The notes under the pieces: model-generated | Database searches by the model: none | Seen by the model: only the letters and a program-made list of their open reading frames with translations | Told to the model about the DNA's origin: nothing | Program-made: the position numbers and the translations under genes | Shown: positions 7,908 through 15,885 of the stretch, piece after piece | How the letters are laid out: each line of letters starts with the position of its first letter | Position numbering within the stretch: position 1 is the first letter of the stretch | Assembly: GCF_000382205.1 (NCBI RefSeq) | Contig: NZ_KB907791.1 | Location: forward strand, 441,007-473,006 | Direction: 5' to 3' | DNA: 32,000 nt | Source of the DNA: Dyadobacter beijingensis DSM 21582 | GTDB taxonomy: Bacteria > Bacteroidota > Bacteroidia > Cytophagales > Spirosomataceae

Positions 7908-9428
7908 ATGATTTTCAAGATACTCAATCGTTGGGGCGACTACCCTCCGTCCACTCGTAACCAAGTTATCCTTACCTGGGATAATTGGAATGATTTCCAA
8001 TTCTACACGTCCTTCGGCATTTTCTATATCGACGAGGATTCGAAAAAGCACGAACTTAGTGGTATAAAGATTGGATTTATTGGTCAGTCGGTGAAGCAAC
8101 GTGTATACAGCATAGGTCATTCGTTTGACCGCCTTGAATCACCATATTTTTCCTTGGGAACCTCCGAAGAGTACTACGAAAAATTAAATTTGCTTCCGGA
8201 TGATATCAGGGATGAAATTTTATCAGGCCTTCGCGATCTCGCAAAGGATACGGAACTGTTTTATGAGGTGATCAACGAACCGGTAGTCGCGAAATCGTTG
8301 CTGAGAGACCTAAGCATATCAACAGTTACGGGACAGTTTAAACGAATGACCGAAGGGGGGGCTAAGCTGACGGACTACCATTTTAAATTCAATTATGCGG
8401 GATTTGCAACGACTCATCCGGTCGAACTAACTTTTGACGTGTCTCCCGAGTCTCAGCCACCAACTAACATTCATGTGATTATTGGAAGAAACGGAGTTGG
8501 TAAGACATACTTGATAAATAGTATGATTGATGCTCTTGTTATCGATGGGAAGAAGCAAACCGGTGGGGGGGACTTTGACTTCGTTGGTTATAATTCTGAA
8601 AGTGGAGATTCATTTGCGAACTTAATATCCATATCCTTTAGTGCTTTTGACGAGGTAGAACCGAAGTCGAAGAGCACTAAATTTATGGGTAACATCAGTT
8701 ATTCCTATATCGGATTAAAAAATACAGAGGCAACAAACCTGCGACGTTCCTCCATCAAAGATCCATCTCTATTGGCAGATGAATTTCTAAATAGTTTAAG
8801 GGCATGTCGTTCAAGACTTTTGTCAAAAAGATGGCTCCAAGCTGTCTCCACGCTCGAGTCGGACCCGAATTTCTTTGAAGCTGGTATTCGGAGCTTGATC
8901 GACGAGGTCTCTCCTCGACGGTCCGCAGACGTTTTAAATGTTTTTCGAAGGCTCAGTTCGGGACATAAAATCGTGTTGTATTCAATCACAAGTCTCATTG
9001 AAAAACTACAAGAACGTAGCCTTGTCATAATGGACGAGCCTGAGGCGCACCTGCATCCTCCACTATTATCAGCCTTTATTCGGTCGGTTTCCGATCTTTT
9101 AATTATGACTAACGGTGTTGCGATTGTTGCGACCCATTCGCCAGTCATTCTTCAGGAGGTCCCTAGAAGTTGTGTATGGAAGTTGAGGAGAAGCGGACCG
9201 GTTATGGTTGGAGAGAGACTTGCGAGAGAATCATTCGGTGAAAACGTCGGAACATTAACAAATGAGATTTTTGGTCTTGAGGTTACTGATTCCGGTTTCT
9301 ATAAAATGTTAAATAAGATTATGAAGCTACAAAATTTTGATTATGAGTCCGTTATTCGAGAGTTCGGAGGTCAGTTAGGAATGGAGGCAAGGTCAATTTT
9401 AATGGCTGAAATTGCGAATAGAGAATAA
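7908..9428 (+). CDS. ABC/AAA_21-type ATPase (Septu PtuA-like) with a ~190-aa N-terminal extension of unknown function
   Basis: Walker A is GRNGVGKT (8484-8507). The ABC signature-like motif is LSSGHK. Walker B plus D-loop is LVIMDEPEAHLHPPLL (D376 at 9033). The H-loop is VATHSPVILQE. The stop overlaps the next start (TAATG). Confidence 0.75.
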   Translation: MIFKILNRWGDYPPSTRNQVILTWDNWNDFQFYTSFGIFYIDEDSKKHELSGIKIGFIGQSVKQRVYSIGHSFDRLESPYFSLGTSEEYYEKLNLLPDDIRDEILSGLRDLAKDTELFYEVINEPVVAKSLLRDLSISTVTGQFKRMTEGGAKLTDYHFKFNYAGFATTHPVELTFDVSPESQPPTNIHVIIGRNGVGKTYLINSMIDALVIDGKKQTGGGDFDFVGYNSESGDSFANLISISFSAFDEVEPKSKSTKFMGNISYSYIGLKNTEATNLRRSSIKDPSLLADEFLNSLRACRSRLLSKRWLQAVSTLESDPNFFEAGIRSLIDEVSPRRSADVLNVFRRLSSGHKIVLYSITSLIEKLQERSLVIMDEPEAHLHPPLLSAFIRSVSDLLIMTNGVAIVATHSPVILQEVPRSCVWKLRRSGPVMVGERLARESFGENVGTLTNEIFGLEVTDSGFYKMLNKIMKLQNFDYESVIREFGGQLGMEARSILMAEIANRE

Positions 9429-10276
9429 TGCGATCAATAACAAAGCCCAATCTAGACGCCTCGGTCGTATTTTCCGACTGCGTCAGCGTAGTACAATCTG
9501 AGAATCTAAGGCAGCGCCTAACTGCTTGCGCGGGCCTAATTGAGGATGCCGAAGAGGAGTTTGAACGGAAAATTACACGAGGCCGTATTCATACAATTGC
9601 TAGGGAGGATAGAGTAAATGGAAATGTATCCGTGAAGGAATTTATGAATCTCTACACCGGAAGGATGGTAGGGAACCCGTTAGGCCGGATACATTATGAC
9701 AAATTGCTTCTGTCAGCCCCAAACGGATTATGTCCGTTATGCGGTCACCGAGATGTGTCAACATTGGATCATTATCTACCTAAATCGAAGTATCCGCGTT
9801 TATCAGTTGTGCCAATAAATTTAGTTCCATCATGTAAGGATTGTAACACTGGTAAGCTTGTTGATTTTCCCGTGTCACCTGAGACCGAGACGTTACATCC
9901 ATACTTCGACCGAATTGGTAATCAACGTTGGTTATCATTAACAGTCAATAAGACCACTCCACTGTCTGTTACTTATTCAGTCGTTGATGTATTAGGTTCG
10001 GGTGCACTTATATTCGAAAGGATTAGGGAGCATTTCAAGGCATTTGGTCTTCAATCGCTATACGCCACGCAGGCCGCACGGGAACTTACAGGTATAAAAC
10101 TTCAATTAACCAATATTTTCGACAATGGGGCTGGATTTCCGGGAGTCCAAAGGTTCCTTAGAGATTCCGCGGAATCAAGATCAATAGATAATTTAAACTC
10201 TTGGCAGGCAGTTCTCTACGAAGGCCTTGCCAATGACGACTGGTTTTGTCGATTGGGTTTTCGAACCATTGCATGA
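9428..10276 (+). CDS. HNH endonuclease (Septu PtuB-like)
   Basis: CPLCGHRDVSTLDHYLPKSKYPRLSVVPINLVPSCKDCNTGK (9731-9853) fits the pattern C.xC...(x)DH..PKs.yp....NL.p.C..CN..K. It is translationally coupled to the ATPase. Confidence 0.75.
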   Translation: MRSITKPNLDASVVFSDCVSVVQSENLRQRLTACAGLIEDAEEEFERKITRGRIHTIAREDRVNGNVSVKEFMNLYTGRMVGNPLGRIHYDKLLLSAPNGLCPLCGHRDVSTLDHYLPKSKYPRLSVVPINLVPSCKDCNTGKLVDFPVSPETETLHPYFDRIGNQRWLSLTVNKTTPLSVTYSVVDVLGSGALIFERIREHFKAFGLQSLYATQAARELTGIKLQLTNIFDNGAGFPGVQRFLRDSAESRSIDNLNSWQAVLYEGLANDDWFCRLGFRTIA

Positions 10277-10454
10277 GGTATTCTTGAAGTAGCTAACATT
10301 CTAGTCATCGGTAAATCAAAATGACAAATGGGCGCCCATTGAATTGTCAGCATTGTTGCCTCGCTTTCGAGGGTTAAAATGGCTAGGTTGTAATATCAAG
10401 AACCATAAACCAATTAGTACGCTAATATTTATCTAAATAGCACCCGAGTTATGT

Positions 10455-10955
10455 ATGGTCTCATTTGCAATTAAAGTCCTCTTGATAGCTGGAGTAATTG
10501 TCTCCATTGTTATTTCTCGTGTTTTAGATTTGTCATTCACAGTTGAAGGCATTTCGGCAGTCGGTAGTCTTCTTACAGGCATTTCTGCGCTGATAGCCAT
10601 TTTAGGTGCCTTCTATACTATGCGCTATCAGGTTAAAAAAACAGCTCATAGCGAGTGGTTGAAAGTGTTTCGATCAGAATGCGCTAAGGTACTGGCGTCC
10701 TCTCAAAAGCTTGAAGCAAATTCTATGAAAAGTGAGCTCGTTGAGTTCGGCAATTCAAGTATGACACTGTTGTTGCTACTTAATCCTAGATCTGAAAGCC
10801 AGCGGTTGCTTGAGAAGATGGTTAAAGATTTTACTATTTTTATGATGAGTTCCGATATGAGTGACCCAGACTTCAATAGGGTCTTTTCTAAGAATTGGAA
10901 TATAGTTCTCTCCCAAATGAAGGCAATTATTACGGAGGAAGAAAATAGCTTTTAG
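10455..10955 (+). CDS. Small membrane protein (two N-terminal TM helices plus a soluble helical tail), unknown function
   Basis: Hydrophobic stretches FAIKVLLIAGVIVSIVISRVL and AVGSLLTGISALIAILGAFYTM are followed by a charged tail. I recognised no family. Confidence 0.45.
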   Translation: MVSFAIKVLLIAGVIVSIVISRVLDLSFTVEGISAVGSLLTGISALIAILGAFYTMRYQVKKTAHSEWLKVFRSECAKVLASSQKLEANSMKSELVEFGNSSMTLLLLLNPRSESQRLLEKMVKDFTIFMMSSDMSDPDFNRVFSKNWNIVLSQMKAIITEEENSF

Positions 10956-11096
10956 TCTCTTAATCACATTTTCTGAGGCATGTACAGAGATCATTTACGT
11001 ATTGTCCCTCACAATTTGTAAGATTAGCTGCGGCTCATTGGGGGCATCACGTCCGTTTAGAGGCTATTGCCTATAATTAGAAAAATTTAATCGATA

Positions 11097-14000
11097 ATGA
11101 GTCCCGAAAATGATTACGCATTAAGTCGTTTAGCCGTACGCCTTGATAACATAGAAAACGGCACGCCGATCGGCAGTGGAATACTATTTAATTGTAACAC
11201 GCCATCAGGTCCAGTTTATTTAATCACAGCGGCCCATTGCTTGTACGAGGATGAGGAGACTTTCCAGCTTCCGAGGTTACGGATACAAGCCCAATTTTTT
11301 GATCCTAGGCTTGGATCGCATCAATCTGTTACGATTAATGTCAATCACGATTTGGTGTCAAAATCTCCACTTAACGACATTGCCATAATTCATCTGGAGA
11401 AGGACGTGGTAGAGTTGATCACCGGCGAGTTGCCAACGGTTCATGCCATCAGCGAGCGACACTCAATCACTTCCTTTGTTTTGAAAGGATTTCCAAGCGC
11501 CACACGTGGCCAGGAAATTGTTATGATAAAGCCGGAGTTTGTTCAAGCGAATCCAGGAAGATTGGGTTTCCAGTTGCGCCTAACAGATGATTTTACCACG
11601 GATACCAGTGCAGAGTCGAAAGTGGACGGTTTCTCGGGGAGCGGGATTTTTCTGGAAACACATGGTAGACTGTATCTTTACGGTATTTTTACCCGGTTTC
11701 GAGAGGCTCAGAAGATCATCTATTGTCAAAACATCGAGACTGCCAACGAGCTACTTGCTGTTGCCTTTTTACAGACCATCCCCTTCACCTATATTGGTGA
11801 GCACGGACTCACGCCCGAGTTTTTTGCAAGGCACAATTCAGGCGCGATAAATAATCTGGGGCCGCGATTTAGTGAGCAATTGAATTTGCGATTGCCAATT
11901 GTCGGCGATTTTCATGACGCGCGTAGAGGCAATGCATTTAAATATAGGCTTCAAGATTGCGTCGAACAATGGCTTGATTCTCACAGACATTCCGGCTCAG
12001 ACTTCAAAGGCGGAATACTTGAGACAACTGTCAGTGAATGGCATTCTATCAAAAAGTCTGTTATTACGTGGATCACAAACATTCAATGGCGAGCTGACCA
12101 GCATCTCAGCATCGCCCCGATTCAAGATATTCTTGACAGTTTCAAGCTCCATGTTGATGCGAAAAAGGAGGATTTCTACGCACTGCGACAAAGGAACAGA
12201 CAACAAGAAACGCCGCCGAGCAATGAGAAGAAGAATGCTCATACTTCTCGAAGACAGCAGTATGAAGATGAATTGACTTGGCTGCGAACCGTTGATCAGG
12301 CTATTTACGCACTCGAGCGTGCATTATCAGAAATATCCATTACGCTTGCAAATAATCCCTTTCTGGTAATTAAAGGCGAGCCGGGATGTGGGAAGTCCCA
12401 TTTGCTCGGTGATATTGCTAGTTTGGCGACTAAGGATGGCGTTGCGACTCTCTTGTTATTGGGGCAGCTCTTCACAAAGAGTCAAAGCGTTGCTCAGAAC
12501 ATTTTAAGCCAACTTGGCCTTAACTGCTCTCCGGATGAATTATTCAATTCGCTGAACAGTATAGGTAGGCAGCAAGGTGCAAGAGTTCTATTGATGATCG
12601 ATGCGCTCAATGAAGGCCCAGGTAAGGACCTGTGGAAAGATTCGTTGGCGGGTTTTATTCAGGATGTAAAGAGGTATCCTTTTGTTGGTGTGATTATGAC
12701 TGTTCGGTCCACATATTTCAACGCTATTCTTCCAACAAATTTACAAAACGATGAAACGATCACGTACAGAGATCATCAAGGTTTTAAAGGAAATGAATAT
12801 GCGGCTCTCCGACTTTTCTGTGAACACTACGGACTACAAATGCCGACGTTTCCGATTTTGACGCCTGAATTTGCCAATCCACTCTTTCTTCAACTCTTAT
12901 GTCAGGGCGTTAAGATCTCTAGAAACAGGACTTTCCCGCATGGCTTCCAGGGGATTACAAAAGTATTTAACTACTATATAGATGCAGTGTTTGAAAGACT
13001 AGTCGGGAAAAGAGATGAGTATGAGAATCGGCGTCATATTGTCCGTGATGCTATTTTTACAGTTGCGAAAGCCTGTTTTAGTGATGATAATTCACGAATA
13101 TTGTCATTTGAAGATGCAGACAGGCTTTTTGAAAAAACTTTCCCGCGATTCCAACACTTGCTGAATGATCTTATTCACGAGAACGTTTTCATCCAAACGA
13201 CTCAAAATACCTACGATTTAAATCCAGGATTTGAAGCGCTGTCGTTTTCCTATGAACGATTCGGAGACATTTTCATCGCTGAGGAATTGTTGGCTGGGTA
13301 TGTTTCAACTGCGGATGTTAGCCAAGCATTTCAGAAAGATGGCAAGCTTGGACGGTTGCTAAAAGGCTATTTGTGGCCAAACAGAGGTGTTCTTGATGCA
13401 ATGGCTATTCGTTTACCTGAAAGATACGGCTTGGAACTAATGGAAATATGCGATTGGGTCTATGCCGAGGAGGAGGATTCAGAGTACAGTGATGTCGGCG
13501 AGTGGCTATCTCGATCTTTTTGGGACAGCTTAAAATGGCGACACCCGGAAAGCATTGATAATGCGAAGATAACAACATGGTTGAATAGCGACCAATGCAT
13601 GCTGAATGAACACGAGTACACTTTGAAGTTAGTCGAATTAGCAACTGTTCAGCAGCACCCCTTCAATTCGGATCGACTGTTCAGATATTTGAATCAGTTT
13701 TCGATGGCGGAACGCGACGCTTTTTGGCAAGAACATATGCTTAGATATTCTCGATATGATGACGATCGAAATGCTCTTCCAATAAGACGACTTATGGATT
13801 GGGCATGGCAAAAGGGAATATCATCATCAGTTGACATGGAGACCGCTCGCCTTGCCGCGCAAACTCTGGCTTGGCTTCTTTCAAGCACTTATAGACAACT
13901 TCGGGACCAAGTAACTAAAGCCATGGTGAATTTGCTAGAAGAGCAGCCAGATGTCCTAATTGAAGTTATGACAGCGTTTAAGGATACAGACGATGTCTAT

Positions 14001-15431
14001 ATTTCGGAACGGCTTTACTCAGTAGCTTATGGATGTGTACTTCGGACTGCGAATGGCAGTAGCATCGCGAAAATAGCGAAATACGTATATAACCGTACGT
14101 TCATTGGTAAAAACCCGCCCATTCATGTACTGCTTCGTGATTACGCTAGGAATATTTTGGAATATGCCGACTACAAAGGACTAGCTGACTACGCCGATAT
14201 GGCACGAGTACGTCCGCCCTACAATAGTGACTTTCCAAAAAGATTACCGTCCGAATCGGAGATTAAGCAATTCGAAAATAGTTTTGAAGGGACAGGCCAA
14301 AGCTTGGAAAAAGAAAAAAACAGGATATATGGACAGATACATTTTTCAACGACCACATGGGATTTTGGGCGCTATGTGGTGAAAAGTGCCCTTAGGCATT
14401 TTGCCCCAACTAGTTTTAAATTCGAGTCGACATATAGAGATTTTAAAAAGTCACTTAAAGGAAAAAGAAAATCTTTCATATCCGTGTTAGAATCAAGTGC
14501 TCGCCTACATTCGGTAATCGAGGAAAGGCGTGCACAAGGTGTTAAATCCCTTTTTGGCAAGTCGACAGATGATTGGCTTAGAGAAGAAGAAGAGCATCTT
14601 CAGGTATGTCTTGATCGTATGAATGGACCATTTGATCAGATAGAAATGATGCAAATACGCGACGAATTTTTACCTTTTCTCAAAGCGAAATATGCGAGCC
14701 AAAGTGGCCAACGGGATGCTATTGATGACGGACCCATCAAACGCTGGATTGTCCAGCGTTCATTCCAATTGGGATATGACATCGAAAAACATTATGATTA
14801 CGACAGCCGTACCGAAAGACTCAACGAGTTTCCAGACTATTATGGAAGCAAAATTGAGCGCATTGGAAAAAAATATCAATGGATTGCATTCCATGAAATT
14901 GTTGCCCGGCTTTGCGACAATTACCATTTCATCGAAGATAGATGGAGCTCGAGTGCTAAGTATGGGTTGTACCAGGGGCCATGGCAGCTTTTAATAAGAG
15001 ATGTCGATCCGGTGTTCACAACAAAGACAAAGAGAGAGGAAAATGACAGCGACTTGGGAGAAGCTACCGATTTTTCAAAAAAGGATTGGAGGTTTGACGC
15101 AGATTACCGATACTGGAACCAGCCGGTATCGCAATGGGTAAGAAATAAGCAAGATCTACCTGCACCCGAAAAAATGATTCTTCGTAAAGATGATTATGGA
15201 CACGAGTGGGTGTACCTGCGAATGAACAAAACTTGGCAAGAACCGAAGGGAGTTGGATCGGACCGACATATTAGTCGTAAGGAGATATGGTATGGGATTA
15301 ATTCTTATCTCGTACCAAAGCGAGACAGAAAGAAGATAGTTGCGTGGCTAGAGGGGAAAAACTTCTTCGGCAGATGGATGCCTGAACCTGACGAAATGAG
15401 CTTAAATCTTTTCAATAGGGAGAATTATTGA
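11097..15431 (+). CDS. Trypsin-like serine protease fused to a STAND/NACHT-like P-loop NTPase with a long helical C-terminal region (Avs/NLR-like). The frame continues past the TGA to 15881
   Basis: Protease triad motifs are LITAAHCL (His47 at 11235-11237), NDIAIIHL (Asp94) and DGFSGSGIF (Ser180). Walker A is GEPGCGKS (12375-12398). Walker B is LLMIDALNEG (Asp502 at 12600-12602). More than 900 aa of mostly helical sequence follows. Confidence 0.8.
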   Translation: MSPENDYALSRLAVRLDNIENGTPIGSGILFNCNTPSGPVYLITAAHCLYEDEETFQLPRLRIQAQFFDPRLGSHQSVTINVNHDLVSKSPLNDIAIIHLEKDVVELITGELPTVHAISERHSITSFVLKGFPSATRGQEIVMIKPEFVQANPGRLGFQLRLTDDFTTDTSAESKVDGFSGSGIFLETHGRLYLYGIFTRFREAQKIIYCQNIETANELLAVAFLQTIPFTYIGEHGLTPEFFARHNSGAINNLGPRFSEQLNLRLPIVGDFHDARRGNAFKYRLQDCVEQWLDSHRHSGSDFKGGILETTVSEWHSIKKSVITWITNIQWRADQHLSIAPIQDILDSFKLHVDAKKEDFYALRQRNRQQETPPSNEKKNAHTSRRQQYEDELTWLRTVDQAIYALERALSEISITLANNPFLVIKGEPGCGKSHLLGDIASLATKDGVATLLLLGQLFTKSQSVAQNILSQLGLNCSPDELFNSLNSIGRQQGARVLLMIDALNEGPGKDLWKDSLAGFIQDVKRYPFVGVIMTVRSTYFNAILPTNLQNDETITYRDHQGFKGNEYAALRLFCEHYGLQMPTFPILTPEFANPLFLQLLCQGVKISRNRTFPHGFQGITKVFNYYIDAVFERLVGKRDEYENRRHIVRDAIFTVAKACFSDDNSRILSFEDADRLFEKTFPRFQHLLNDLIHENVFIQTTQNTYDLNPGFEALSFSYERFGDIFIAEELLAGYVSTADVSQAFQKDGKLGRLLKGYLWPNRGVLDAMAIRLPERYGLELMEICDWVYAEEEDSEYSDVGEWLSRSFWDSLKWRHPESIDNAKITTWLNSDQCMLNEHEYTLKLVELATVQQHPFNSDRLFRYLNQFSMAERDAFWQEHMLRYSRYDDDRNALPIRRLMDWAWQKGISSSVDMETARLAAQTLAWLLSSTYRQLRDQVTKAMVNLLEEQPDVLIEVMTAFKDTDDVYISERLYSVAYGCVLRTANGSSIAKIAKYVYNRTFIGKNPPIHVLLRDYARNILEYADYKGLADYADMARVRPPYNSDFPKRLPSESEIKQFENSFEGTGQSLEKEKNRIYGQIHFSTTTWDFGRYVVKSALRHFAPTSFKFESTYRDFKKSLKGKRKSFISVLESSARLHSVIEERRAQGVKSLFGKSTDDWLREEEEHLQVCLDRMNGPFDQIEMMQIRDEFLPFLKAKYASQSGQRDAIDDGPIKRWIVQRSFQLGYDIEKHYDYDSRTERLNEFPDYYGSKIERIGKKYQWIAFHEIVARLCDNYHFIEDRWSSSAKYGLYQGPWQLLIRDVDPVFTTKTKREENDSDLGEATDFSKKDWRFDADYRYWNQPVSQWVRNKQDLPAPEKMILRKDDYGHEWVYLRMNKTWQEPKGVGSDRHISRKEIWYGINSYLVPKRDRKKIVAWLEGKNFFGRWMPEPDEMSLNLFNRENY

Positions 15432-15533
15432 TCCCCCGCAGCGAAATTTGACAATAGTCAGCGAAATCTTTGGGAAACTATTTCCGGTACTAAATTCAAG
15501 GTAATCCTTACCACTAATCGAGCGGTAGGTGAA

Positions 15534-15881
15534 ATGAGCGAGGACAAATCTGATGCTCACTTTTATTACGAGATGCCTTCAAAGATAATCTTTGAAGGTA
15601 TGGGATTGAATTATGCATCTGAGGATGGTTGCTTTACGAATGGAGATGGTCAAGTTGTTGTGATCAATGTAGATCAGACTGGGGTCTTGGTGAGGAGGAA
15701 AGAGTTGGTACTGTTTCTCAATAATAATAACTATGATATTATATGGACCTTACTCGGAGAAAAAAATGCTCTAACAGGGTTATCGACGAACAGTGATGCA
15801 TACTTTAAAGCAATATGCGGAGTCTACCAATTTGAAGGAGATAAGATAATTGGCGATTTATCTATTTTTGAACGTAACTAA
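15534..15881 (+). CDS. Either the C-terminal ~150 codons of the protease-STAND protein, separated by an in-frame TGA, or an independent 115-aa protein
   Basis: It is in the same frame as 11097-15431. The 34 codons between the TGA (15429-15431) and this ATG contain no stop (SPAAKFDNSQRNLWETISGTKFKVILTTNRAVGE). I recognised no family. Confidence 0.4.
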   Translation: MSEDKSDAHFYYEMPSKIIFEGMGLNYASEDGCFTNGDGQVVVINVDQTGVLVRRKELVLFLNNNNYDIIWTLLGEKNALTGLSTNSDAYFKAICGVYQFEGDKIIGDLSIFERN

Positions 15882-15885
15882 AAAT

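Noticed and set aside
7788-8120. Minus-strand ORF containing a His run (MVNHHHHHFQ).
   Set aside because: The His run is the antisense of the GAT/GAC-rich acidic tail (ENDGDDDLPF) of the 7055-7873 gene. The ORF also spans an intergenic gap and the start of the ATPase gene.
8705-9148. 147-aa minus-strand ORF inside the ATPase gene. Similar embedded ORFs include 11587-11850, 11899-12276, 13405-13644, 14692-14994, 17280-17588, 19188-19502 and 20177-20464.
   Set aside because: All lie fully inside longer, motif-supported genes in other frames or on the opposite strand, and none has a recognisable motif. They are treated as spurious.
10327-10340. Perfect 14-bp palindrome AATGGGCGCCCATT downstream of the HNH gene.
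   Set aside because: No T-run follows it, so it is not a convincing terminator. It is a single copy, and I cannot distinguish a binding site from chance. It is noted only.
15850-15885. Track start of the MBL ORF at 15850, overlapping the upstream ORF by 32 nt.
   Set aside because: The MBL fold normally begins with the beta-strand MRIRFYQVDCGDA. The ATG at 15886 lies 4 nt after the upstream stop and is the better start.
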